Below are positions 34,824 to 43,026 of a stretch of DNA of 64,000 nucleotides, one piece after another. A program made the position numbers and the translations under genes. The notes beneath the pieces were generated by a model. The model worked only from the letters and a program-made list of their open reading frames with translations, was not told the origin of the DNA and ran no database searches. Where the stretch lies: IMG/VR virus record IMGVR_UViG_3300011335_000278, positions 3,447-67,446 of that record, one strand, 5' to 3'. Each line of letters starts with the position of its first letter. Position 1 is the stretch's first letter. The DNA comes from a virus. Lineage: Duplodnaviria; Caudoviricetes.

Positions 34824-35613
34824 TGCTCTTCTTCATTCTGTTAATTGTTTTCATTAGTTCTGCATTACGATTTTGAAACATGTCTCGGCTTTCTCGCAAA
34901 GCTTTGTTATCAATCTCCAAAAGCCTGATCTGCTCTCTCAGGTCTTTGATTGTTTCTTCCACATCAATTTTTTCAATATCTGATGCATCCCATGAGCCAA
35001 TTGCAATTTGATCTTTTATCTGCGTATTCTCTTCCACAACTTCGTTAACAGTAGAGGTCAATTCTTTAATCTTTTGCTGTAGCTGTTCAACCTCACTTGG
35101 CTTTGCAACAGTCCCTTGATTTGTAGTATCTACCGCATATTCTTTGCCTTTGCGAATAGCTTTTTTCTTTGCCGGCTGTTGCACATTGGCCTTCTTTTTA
35201 ATTCTGCCAACAGTCATTGCGCTTACGCCAACCCAGTCAGCTATGGCCTTATTTGACCATTGTCCCCATTCTTTATCATTTACCATCGACAGAACAATAT
35301 ATTGATTATCTTTGGCGCTCATGCTCATGCCTCGACCTTTGTTAGCCGTTTTAGAAAACAATTGGGCATCTCGTAGTGTGCCCTTTCTAATATCAACCGA
35401 AATCTCTGTAAAACCAAGTCTCTTGTGCGAAAAATACCGATGAAATCCATCCGCCAACCAATATTCTTTACCGTCAAAATAGACAATAACAGGAGGCATT
35501 AAAACTTTTTCCGAGAGTAAACTTGCATACTCTTCAACCATATTTTCATTAATTTCTGCTCGTGGCTGTGTGCCTCCGTCAATGCGGATTTTTTCAATCT
35601 GTAAATGAGTCAT
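34807..35613 (-). CDS. ParB-like N-terminal domain protein with a C-terminal coiled coil
   Basis: IRIDGGTQPR...PPVIV...WLADGFHRY; an HTH-like SNKAIADWVGVS segment. Confidence 0.8.
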   Translation of the reverse strand: MTHLQIEKIRIDGGTQPRAEINENMVEEYASLLSEKVLMPPVIVYFDGKEYWLADGFHRYFSHKRLGFTEISVDIRKGTLRDAQLFSKTANKGRGMSMSAKDNQYIVLSMVNDKEWGQWSNKAIADWVGVSAMTVGRIKKKANVQQPAKKKAIRKGKEYAVDTTNQGTVAKPSEVEQLQQKIKELTSTVNEVVEENTQIKDQIAIGSWDASDIEKIDVEETIKDLREQIRLLEIDNKALRESRDMFQNRNAELMKTINRMKKSNGTKT

Positions 35614-35690
35614 TTGTTTCTCCTAAAGGGATGTGATCCAATGTTTCTTGGAAGTTGTTTCAAGTATTTTTTCCTAGCAGTGGAATGTCC

Positions 35691-35719
35691 ATTGTATAAA
35701 ACTATTTTGCCAATTGCAA
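35691..35719 (-). promoter_or_regulatory. Sigma70-type promoter of the replication operon; ACTGCTAGGA motif just downstream (35672-35681)
   Basis: TTGCAA-17 nt-TACAAT. Confidence 0.65.
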
Positions 35720-35997
35720 CAAAAATTTCACATCTGTTTTTCAAAACGATAGTTCCCCCAAGGGTGATAAGCCCACATCCATTCAAGAAGTCTATCCTGA
35801 ACTAATGCTCCCAAAGGTAATGTTCAATCGTCATGGTAGTTGTCTCACCACTGTCCACCATAACTTGTGTGATACCCATTTAAGTCCACGAGGCATGCAA
35901 TCGGGTGAAGGATCAGCCTATGTTTTTTTCCACGCTACCCATTTAGGTACTTACTATCGTGCGGAGTACGCTGTTATTTGAAACCTAGCAGACAGAC

Positions 35998-36026
35998 AGA
36001 TTACACCAACTAAAAAAAATATGCAA
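35998..36026 (-). promoter_or_regulatory. Sigma70-type promoter; its transcript would begin CUGCUAGGUU
   Basis: TTGCAT-17 nt-TAATCT, immediately after the sRNA terminator. Confidence 0.55.
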
Positions 36027-36034
36027 TAGTTTTA

Positions 36035-36069
36035 AAAGAAAAACCCCCAGATTTTACTCTGAGGGTTTT
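36035..36069 (-). terminator. Intrinsic terminator of the candidate sRNA
   Basis: AAAACCCUCAG-AGUAAAAU-CUGGGGGUUUU-CUUUU. Confidence 0.75.
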
Positions 36070-36162
36070 GGGGATCGTGGATCCTTTTGGGCTTGCCGAA
36101 GCACAACTGCTAGGTTAGTGTAGACGGCATATCGAATTTTCGTGTGAAGGAGCATTCGACAT
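36035..36162 (-). ncRNA. Candidate small regulatory RNA, about 125 nt
   Basis: Has its own promoter (36167-36196) and terminator (36035-36069). Four hairpins; G-U wobbles form only on the minus strand; no ORF with an RBS. Confidence 0.65.
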
Positions 36163-36166
36163 AAAG

Positions 36167-36196
36167 AGTATACCCTACATATTAGATTTTTGTCAA
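36167..36196 (-). promoter_or_regulatory. Near-consensus sigma70 promoter
   Basis: TTGACA-18 nt-TATACT. Confidence 0.75.
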
Positions 36197-36469
36197 ACAG
36201 TCATTGTCAAACAACCAACCAATCGTTTTTCTGTGTGCTTCCTCCCACATTTCCACACGCTCCTGTTTAGACATTCGTGTGCCTTGGTCTAATTCCATAT
36301 GGCAACCGTAACATAGTGCTGAAATACGGTAATCGTGGGCTTTGATACCGCGCCCCTTGCCATCTCGCAACTGATTACTGTGCGCAGCCACCACCGTCCC
36401 ATCCCGAATTCCGCAATTTTGGCACGGGGATTCCCTGATTATCTCTAATAGTTTCTTGTTTCTGTACAT
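36182..36469 (-). CDS. DUF1364/DUF968-like Zn-binding protein (possible nuclease/recombination), 95 aa
   Basis: PCQNCG...VVAAHSN...GKGRGIK...LCYGCH. Confidence 0.7.
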   Translation of the reverse strand: MYRNKKLLEIIRESPCQNCGIRDGTVVAAHSNQLRDGKGRGIKAHDYRISALCYGCHMELDQGTRMSKQERVEMWEEAHRKTIGWLFDNDCLTKI

Positions 36470-36858
36470 ATATAGCCCCGTCTATTTCGGTTAAAACATA
36501 CCCCATCTTGGCGTATTCTTTTTCAACATCTGCCATCGTCATCTTCATAAACAATCCGTTTAGCTGTTTGATACAGTTTCATTACCAAACTGGCGTTAAT
36601 AAATATGGAAGTGCCGTGTTCATCATAAAAACTTACATAATCATCATGGGCAGTCATGCACTCGCCGTCTTCAATATACACCCCATCATCTAAAATAAGC
36701 ATAATTTCTCCTTGGTTAAGTTGACCGGATATGTAGATTACTTGCCGGCCTCAAGTTTTTGAAAGGGTTGAGTGATGGTGTACTTTTGCGGGGGTCCATC
36801 ACCCACCATGCTAATAGCGCTTTGTATCTACAAGACTAATCGCCGAACACTATAAATA

Positions 36859-37188
36859 TCAACCCCCTAATCCTCGCTTGCTCTTTAATATTTCGTTCAA
36901 TAATTTTTCTTTTTCGGTACTAACTACTTTTAAGTTATTGACTTTTAGATAATTTGATGATAAGCAATAACCATTTGGTGAATACATAGATCCTGTAATA
37001 ATATCCATAAACCGAAATCCTGTCTGCAATATTAATGGCGTAAAGTATCTTTGTCCTAACGGCGTATCGCCTGTATATATCTTTTTTCCTTTTAACCAAT
37101 TTTTCATTACAACTTTTTTTGGACTAAACAATGGAAAACATTTGTTAGCCAATGCGTAGGTGTTATATGAATCACAATAATCACTCAT
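36859..37188 (-). CDS. Hypothetical protein, 109 aa
   Basis: Co-oriented ORF; FMDIITGSMYSPNGYCLSS. Confidence 0.55.
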   Translation of the reverse strand: MSDYCDSYNTYALANKCFPLFSPKKVVMKNWLKGKKIYTGDTPLGQRYFTPLILQTGFRFMDIITGSMYSPNGYCLSSNYLKVNNLKVVSTEKEKLLNEILKSKRGLGG

Positions 37189-37199
37189 GTAATGCCTTT

Positions 37200-37412
37200 C
37201 TATTTTGAATTAAGTGCTTTTGTAGCTACGGAAATAACAAGATTTAAATGCTCAATCTCCTCTTGATCTTTTTGTCGCTGTTTTTTAATGGCTATATTCC
37301 ACGCCCGTTGCCATGCTGACCAAGCAATCTGTGCGTTTATGTTGGCGTAAGACTTACCTTGATGGGCTAGTGAAATCTTGCCATGTGCCCATTCTTCAAA
37401 ATCTTGTTTCAT
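37200..37412 (-). CDS. Hypothetical protein, 70 aa
   Basis: aggagg RBS; QIAWSAWQRAW motif. Confidence 0.6.
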   Translation of the reverse strand: MKQDFEEWAHGKISLAHQGKSYANINAQIAWSAWQRAWNIAIKKQRQKDQEEIEHLNLVISVATKALNSK

Positions 37413-37638
37413 TCTTCCTCCTTATTTACGGCAGTACGGACACTTGACCAGTATGGTTAGTATCTTTGACTTACAGTGTACGCAAATGTAGCGGGTCATT
37501 TCTTTTCGTAAAACATTTGAGTAGACCAATTGTTTAAAATAACAGCCTTGACCTCTTCTCGTTTATTTTCGGGCAAGTTGGCAACAGAATCTTCAAGGCA
37601 TTTCAAAACATCTTTGACCATTTGTTGTGGAGTAATAA

Positions 37639-37812
37639 TCATTTCTTGCTCGCCTTCTTTAGTAATTTTCTAAAGTCATCCAATCCAACACCAACCATTT
37701 TTATTATTTCCTTATCGGTTAACTCACGTTGTTGCTTAACCATCTTGCAAACTAATCTCCACTCTTTTTGTGTAGGCAAGATGTCAGGATTCATTACAAT
37801 TTCTTTATTCAT
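37639..37812 (-). CDS. 57-aa paralog of the C-terminus of 37809-38054, not in the track
   Basis: ...KQQRELTDKEIIKM...LLKKASKK versus MRELTDEEIIEV...LLQKASEK. Confidence 0.55.
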   Translation of the reverse strand: MNKEIVMNPDILPTQKEWRLVCKMVKQQRELTDKEIIKMVGVGLDDFRKLLKKASKK

Positions 37813-38054
37813 TTCTCACTCGCTTTCTGTAATAATGCTCTTGCAAAAGTTATGATGTCTATGTCCTCATAATATTTATCCCAAACTTCTATTATTTCCT
37901 CATCTGTTAATTCACGCATTGGTTGCTCTTTAACTAAGTTATGCAACTCTTGTATTTCAGCAGATGTATACAACGGACTTAATTTAAGTATTGAATCAGG
38001 TGGTGACTCTTTAAACAATATACCGCCATCAGATATGTATGCACTTGGTTTCAT
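37809..38054 (-). CDS. Hypothetical protein, 81 aa (RELTDEEI motif)
   Basis: RBS ggag; coupled ORF. Confidence 0.6.
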   Translation of the reverse strand: MKPSAYISDGGILFKESPPDSILKLSPLYTSAEIQELHNLVKEQPMRELTDEEIIEVWDKYYEDIDIITFARALLQKASEK

Positions 38055-38193
38055 TTCTTACTCCAATAAAATAGTTTAATGACTAACCTAAACCATAAAG
38101 GTACATTAGGTTTATTAGGTTTATCTTCCTCAACCGATTTAGTTTCCCCATACAAACTTCTTGCGTCATGCCAACCAAATGTGTATCTCTTTT

Positions 38194-38439
38194 TCATTTG
38201 TTCCTCGCCTTCATCATGGCATCTGCAAATTTATACGCAACATTCGCATACCCATCATACGGAAACTCATCCATCTCGTTAATATACCAAGCACTATCGC
38301 CTCTACTGCCTTTTAACGGTAGTCCCATATGCTTCATGGCTTGAGCCGCAAAGTAATCCCTTAAATCCATACCGCTATTCTCTTTAACACCTACTACGTT
38401 GTTACCATAAATTGCTTCGCTACTTGGAAATGCTTTCAT
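38194..38439 (-). CDS. Small phage protein of the GMDLRDYFA family
   Basis: AFP...GMDLRDYFAAQAM...AYKFADAMMKAR. Confidence 0.7.
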   Translation of the reverse strand: MKAFPSSEAIYGNNVVGVKENSGMDLRDYFAAQAMKHMGLPLKGSRGDSAWYINEMDEFPYDGYANVAYKFADAMMKARNK

Positions 38440-38633
38440 CTGTTACTCCTCATTGTTCGTTTAGCCTCTTCACATAAGGCAATGTAATCTTTAGGTGCAT
38501 CGGGGTGCCACCCACCGAGCAGTAGTTCGCAGTTTAATTTGTAGACCTCTTCTCTGCGGCTTACCTCAGTCATGTAAATAATCAGGCCACAGAACACAAT
38601 CCACATGCATATAGCCCAACTAAAACGGTGCAT
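38436..38633 (-). CDS. Small TM protein, 65 aa
   Basis: N-terminal hydrophobic helix; coupled ORF. Confidence 0.55.
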   Translation of the reverse strand: MHRFSWAICMWIVFCGLIIYMTEVSRREEVYKLNCELLLGGWHPDAPKDYIALCEEAKRTMRSNR

Positions 38634-38755
38634 CTTCTAACTCCACTTGTTGTTTTACTTCTTCTTTAAAAAACTTCTTAGTCCAGCCGTAGGCATCGAC
38701 AAAGTAGTCGGCTTCTTCTTTACGCTTGACTATGCGTATTAACTCCTCATATTCG

Positions 38756-39382
38756 TTATATATTTTGTACATCGTCTTCCCCCTCGTTTTTATATAGCAT
38801 GTCTTTTAATTCATCTGAGCGTGATGGGTGTCGCATCTTCCGTAGTGCCTTTGCTTCTATTTGCCTAATTCTTTCCTGAGTCATGTCAAATTTACTTGCA
38901 ATTGCTTCTAAAGTATGTTCATCGGTATCATTAAGACCAAACCTAAGCTTTAAAACCTTAGCCTCTCGTGGGGTTAAAGAATCAACCATATCGCCTAATA
39001 CTTTTCTGTTGTCTTCTTTTTCAAACGTATTTGCAGGGTTATCTAATATTAAACGAGAGTTGCCGCTACTAATGTATAAATCTATTGATTCTTTTCTAAG
39101 TTCCTTTGTCATATGGTTAGTTCTTAACTTCAAGGTTAGTTGTTCTTCAGTCCATAAATCACTAGGACTAGCACCTAACGCTTCCATTAATGTTTTAGCG
39201 GCATTTGAAAATTCTCCCCCTGTTCCAATCGGGGGTTCTCTTAAATTAATTAAATCGTATAGTCCAGCCAAAGATACATAGTTATCTTTAGAAAATTTAT
39301 GTAGGTTTGTATACCCCATATCTTCTATAGCCTTCAATATTAAATTGTTTTTTACTGATACCTTGACACGATATTCTTCCAT
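38756..39382 (-). CDS. Transcription regulator with a C-terminal RpoD region-4 domain, 208 aa
   Basis: LTPREAKVLKLRFGL...HTLEAIASKFDMTQERIRQIEAKALRKMRHPSRS closely follows RpoD region 4; probable N-terminal HTH. Confidence 0.85.
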   Translation of the reverse strand: MEEYRVKVSVKNNLILKAIEDMGYTNLHKFSKDNYVSLAGLYDLINLREPPIGTGGEFSNAAKTLMEALGASPSDLWTEEQLTLKLRTNHMTKELRKESIDLYISSGNSRLILDNPANTFEKEDNRKVLGDMVDSLTPREAKVLKLRFGLNDTDEHTLEAIASKFDMTQERIRQIEAKALRKMRHPSRSDELKDMLYKNEGEDDVQNI

Positions 39383-39384
39383 GA

Positions 39385-39579
39385 TTACTCCTTAACCCTC
39401 CGTTTTCTAATTGCAGTTATGCCAGCCTCCGCTTGTGGCCTACGGGCTATTAACATGGCATCCGCTAATTTATAAGATAACTCTGCTACAGCCATATCAT
39501 CATAAGGTTCTTTATTCATCATTACTGCACCCATCATGGCAAACATAGCAAAGCAATCTCTTAGATCATTTTCGTTCAT
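39385..39579 (-). CDS. Paralog of the LRDxFA family, 64 aa
   Basis: DLRDCFAMFAM...SYKLADAMLIAR. Confidence 0.65.
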   Translation of the reverse strand: MNENDLRDCFAMFAMMGAVMMNKEPYDDMAVAELSYKLADAMLIARRPQAEAGITAIRKRRVKE

Positions 39580-39806
39580 TAATTCATCTCTTTTCTTAAT
39601 CGTTTAATTCTTCGTTTGGCTTCGCCATAAGATTTTCTAAATGCATACACAGCTTTTTCTTCTTCGTATCCAGCTTCACACGCTATGGTTGCTGTAACTA
39701 TACTTAATGCAGCCAATATCCCTGCTGTTGGCGTTCCTTCTAGTGTTCCAATAAATTCCATTAAAGCAATCCCCAATTCCGAACTTGTTAATGTGTTTCC
39801 TTCCAT
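39579..39806 (-). CDS. Hypothetical protein, 75 aa
   Basis: Coupled ORF in the operon. Confidence 0.55.
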   Translation of the reverse strand: MEGNTLTSSELGIALMEFIGTLEGTPTAGILAALSIVTATIACEAGYEEEKAVYAFRKSYGEAKRRIKRLRKEMN

Positions 39807-39807
39807 G

Positions 39808-40086
39808 TTATTTCCTTAGAGTTTGTATTTTTTCGGACAACAGCGCACCTAAATCTTTGCCTTTAACAGCTATCATTTGTGCCTCTTCGCAATCGTAGAT
39901 AATCTTTGATGCATCTTTACACGCCTGATTGTATCCACTGGTAAACGCATCATTCCCATCAATAATCATATCAATTGCATTGCGAATGAGTGATGATGCT
40001 TGCCGGTTTTTAGCTGCTACTTTTAATTTTTTGTATTGTTCTACTGATATGTAGACCGAATATGGGACTAATTTTTTTGGGACCAT
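39808..40086 (-). CDS. Possible ribbon-helix-helix DNA-binding protein, 92 aa
   Basis: YSVYISVEQYKKLKVAAKNRQASSLIRNAID strand-helix-helix pattern. Confidence 0.5.
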   Translation of the reverse strand: MVPKKLVPYSVYISVEQYKKLKVAAKNRQASSLIRNAIDMIIDGNDAFTSGYNQACKDASKIIYDCEEAQMIAVKGKDLGALLSEKIQTLRK

Positions 40087-40493
40087 GCGTCAAATTCCTT
40101 AAATAATTTAGATAACATATCTCTAGCATGTTGATTTGTTTTTAATTCAGCACGAGTTGTTATGTTTAAATAGGTACGCAACCAATCAGTGGCAGAAGGT
40201 TCGTTCTCTTCCATTATTTGCGCATCTTCAAACAAGTATGTCCAAAATTTGGGATTGCGACACAGAATACATGCCGCCCTCACAAGTTTATCGCCAGCAT
40301 ATTCGTTTGTAGTCATTGGCTGATCATTACTATCCAGCCTCACCATAACAACCTGATACCTTGCCCCAACAAAATCCCTGAGTAAGTCTTCAGGGATATC
40401 GTCAGGGTGCATAGATAAAGTTAATACATAACCTGTTTTATCCTGTTTCAAGGCAACCTTTACAGCTTCAAACTGTAACGTCTTCATTACCAA
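40068..40493 (-). CDS. Conserved hypothetical protein, 141 aa
   Basis: FEAVKVALKQDKTGYVLTLSMHPDDIP; located in the recombination operon. Confidence 0.6.
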   Translation of the reverse strand: MVMKTLQFEAVKVALKQDKTGYVLTLSMHPDDIPEDLLRDFVGARYQVVMVRLDSNDQPMTTNEYAGDKLVRAACILCRNPKFWTYLFEDAQIMEENEPSATDWLRTYLNITTRAELKTNQHARDMLSKLFKEFDAWSQKN

Positions 40494-40762
40494 GGGTCTT
40501 TCGATGTCTGTGTTGTTTGTGCCATTGGTTCAGATAACATAAATGTTAAATACTTTAGGCCATTTTTAGACTCTTGTTTCCAACCTGAAATAGCAATCTT
40601 GATTAGATCTTCGTCTGTTTTTTCCAGTAGGCCTTTTAGTAAACTTCTGTCTAAATGCAACATGCCTGAAAAATCAGGAGACTTTTCGCTTTTCTTTTCC
40701 TTTGTTGGGAACAACGTACCAGTGTTTGGTTTTGTGTCATACTGCTTCTGTTCATACGCCAT
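40487..40762 (-). CDS. Probable ssDNA-binding protein (DUF736-like OB fold), 91 aa
   Basis: NTGTLF...KSPDFSG...IAISGWKQ...YLTF pattern; follows the annealing protein. Confidence 0.65.
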   Translation of the reverse strand: MAYEQKQYDTKPNTGTLFPTKEKKSEKSPDFSGMLHLDRSLLKGLLEKTDEDLIKIAISGWKQESKNGLKYLTFMLSEPMAQTTQTSKDPW

Positions 40763-40765
40763 GGT

Positions 40766-41446
40766 TTAATCCTTTTTAAAATTACTACGTTTTTCGGTAA
40801 ACTTCAACATCATTTCTTTAAAGAATACGGAATCTGTACTTTTAACGGTATCAAATAAAATCTTATTCTTTTTGAAAATAGCCATTACATCATCTTCTGA
40901 ATTGGTTAAATCCAGTAAAACATATGCTGTTTTTTTGATTACATTTAACCATTCATCTACATCGCCTTCAGGTACAGCCGGTGCTACAATTTGCCACGAT
41001 CCTCGATCTCCAACAATCTTTTCTACCACTTTAGCCGTAGGCAATACTGTTGGTTTAACTGGCGCAATATCGCTACCAGTAACAGCATCCAATGCGTCAT
41101 GCTCAACAATTGCTAGTGCAGACACATAAAGATACCTACGCTGATACGTTTCAACCGCCCCGATATTTTGCACCTCATGGCATCCTTTTAACTGAGCAGA
41201 TCCCATTGGCGATGTAAACGCCACAGACGAGCCATCTTCTATGTCATAGATAGTCATTGTTGCAATTGTTTCTGTAAAAGTTATAACATCACACAACCCG
41301 ACATGCTCAAAAATAGCCTGAACATGTGGCAAAAAATCACCCAGTTCAAAGTATTGATATCCCGCAAACTTGTTATGGCCTGACTTCCTTAACTCTAGCT
41401 TTCTAAGCATATTTCTAGCTACTATTAATTTTTTACAAACTTTCAT
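40766..41446 (-). CDS. ERF-like single-strand annealing protein, 226 aa
   Basis: KSGHNKFAGYQYFELGDFLP...QNIGAVETYQRRYLY...HDALD. Confidence 0.75.
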   Translation of the reverse strand: MKVCKKLIVARNMLRKLELRKSGHNKFAGYQYFELGDFLPHVQAIFEHVGLCDVITFTETIATMTIYDIEDGSSVAFTSPMGSAQLKGCHEVQNIGAVETYQRRYLYVSALAIVEHDALDAVTGSDIAPVKPTVLPTAKVVEKIVGDRGSWQIVAPAVPEGDVDEWLNVIKKTAYVLLDLTNSEDDVMAIFKKNKILFDTVKSTDSVFFKEMMLKFTEKRSNFKKD

Positions 41447-41625
41447 CCTAAACTCCTTAAGTATTCATCTGCCAATAATTCTGCGACCTTTTTTACATGA
41501 AAACAAAAAGGACCCATATCTCTTAAAGATTTATCTTCAGTCCATTCTTTATAAAATTCACCATTGGAGGACATGGAAATCATAAAGTCGTACACCATTT
41601 CTTGCCTTGTTTTCATAATTTTTCC

Positions 41626-42081
41626 TTATTTTTCACGAATAATTTCAATAACTTTTTTTTCTCTGTTTATGGAAGTCATAATAGACTTTGAACCCCATCT
41701 TGAGTTTGCCCTTGCACATAAATTTGCTTGCAATTTAGGGCCATCATATTTATCAAATGGCACGGCAATAAAATCGTTAACATTTAATTTGTCAAGAATA
41801 GGGTTTACATATTCTTTAAATGACTGTGTTCGAATAATTTTTTTCTTTACCTCTTCTTCTGGCATGTTTGAATATTTTTTACCATTGGGAAGATTTACCG
41901 TATACAAACAACCTCTTGCACTCAGCATATTAATTGCATTTAACACAGCCTGTAACTCTAACTTTGAAAACTGTGGTTCATCGTTGTATTCAATAAGTTC
42001 ACTTGGTGGAAACAAAGTTTTTAAAACCTTTAAATTATTCATGCTTGCTCCTTTAAATAAGATTGATATTGAGTACACCAA
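41626..42081 (-). CDS. Hypothetical protein; likely start 42042
   Basis: aaggag RBS before MNNLKVLK. Confidence 0.55.
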   Translation of the reverse strand: MVYSISILFKGASMNNLKVLKTLFPPSELIEYNDEPQFSKLELQAVLNAINMLSARGCLYTVNLPNGKKYSNMPEEEVKKKIIRTQSFKEYVNPILDKLNVNDFIAVPFDKYDGPKLQANLCARANSRWGSKSIMTSINREKKVIEIIREK

Positions 42082-42914
42082 TTGCTAACTTGACAATATG
42101 ATTCACAACGAGTGCGCTCGCCTTTACGAACTTCTACTTCATACCCTTTTCCTAAATCTTCCATCTTTACATCTGCTTCTTCTTTGGTATTAAATACATT
42201 TGTTGCTCTTTTGTTGCCAACTTTTTTAACCGCATATGTAGTTGGCTTTTCCCACATTTGCTCTGCCGTACATTTAGGTAAATCACCATCTGTTTCTAAT
42301 GCAAAATCACTAGCACTATGAATTGCTATTTGCCTAGACACATATTGCTCTCTATCCGCCATTGACCACAAAGTAATTGGAACTTCTTTAATTGGTGACT
42401 GTGGGTAAAACTCACGAGTTTCTGACTCTCTTCTGCTCCAATCTCGCAAGATTGCCACAATCCCAACATCGGTTACTCGAACATTTTTTACCATTTCAAC
42501 TAACCATGCGTACATGTTTAACTGAACTTCCCATTCATACTTCTCATTCATTACAGCCCAAACACTGGTTGTTTTGTAATCTTTGATAGATATGCCATTA
42601 GGGTTAACTATTTGCAAATCAATAGCACCTGAAATATTCCACCCATCGTGCTCAATGTGCAGTCTTTCCTCTATCAAATGATTAGCATCTTTGCCATGCT
42701 CCAAAATGTTATGAACCGCAGAACCAAAAATAGACCACACCATATCAGACGCATCCTGCTCCAAATGATCTTCGTACTTTTTCATTAAGCTAACAATCTG
42801 TGGGCTGTTAAGTAACTGCGTTACCGACAGATGCGCTTTGCCTTTAGAATACGTTGGGCGTTTTAAAACATTAACAAATGTTTGTGGAATGTTTCTTTTA
42901 TTGGTAATCTTCAT
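42039..42914 (-). CDS. PD-(D/E)XK (Cas4-like) exonuclease, 291 aa
   Basis: SVTQLL...GSAVH...ISGAIDL...IKDYKTT...QLNMYAWL...RCESYCQVSNWC; heads the recombination operon. Confidence 0.85.
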   Translation of the reverse strand: MKITNKRNIPQTFVNVLKRPTYSKGKAHLSVTQLLNSPQIVSLMKKYEDHLEQDASDMVWSIFGSAVHNILEHGKDANHLIEERLHIEHDGWNISGAIDLQIVNPNGISIKDYKTTSVWAVMNEKYEWEVQLNMYAWLVEMVKNVRVTDVGIVAILRDWSRRESETREFYPQSPIKEVPITLWSMADREQYVSRQIAIHSASDFALETDGDLPKCTAEQMWEKPTTYAVKKVGNKRATNVFNTKEEADVKMEDLGKGYEVEVRKGERTRCESYCQVSNWCTQYQSYLKEQA

Positions 42915-42919
42915 TATTT

Positions 42920-42931
42920 CTCCTAGCAGTT
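42920..42931 (-). promoter_or_regulatory. AACTGCTAGGAG motif (copy 4)
   Basis: Exact 12-mer on the minus strand; ATG at 42914. Confidence 0.7.
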
Positions 42932-42940
42932 GGAAATTTA

Positions 42941-42969
42941 ATTATGAACAAGTATATAATAAATGTCAA
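42941..42969 (-). promoter_or_regulatory. Sigma70-type promoter of the recombination operon
   Basis: TTGACA-17 nt-CATAAT. Confidence 0.75.
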
Positions 42970-43010
42970 TAGGTTATTTAAGTATTTTTCATGTGTTTTA
43001 TTTTTCTATC

Positions 43011-43026
43011 TCTAACATATGTTAGA
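43011..43026. promoter_or_regulatory. Palindromic operator-like site, copy 2 (TCTAACATATGTTAGA)
   Basis: Perfect 16-bp palindrome in the divergent intergenic region. Confidence 0.55.

Noticed and set aside
36115-36162. 15-codon ORF (MSNAPSHENSICRLH) in the candidate sRNA
   Set aside because: It starts at the predicted 5' end within a stem and has no SD; leaderless translation cannot be excluded but there is no evidence for it.
42039-42914. Cas4-like nuclease as evidence of a CRISPR system
   Set aside because: No cas1/cas2 or array is present; it heads an ERF/SSB recombination operon, the usual context for stand-alone phage exonucleases.
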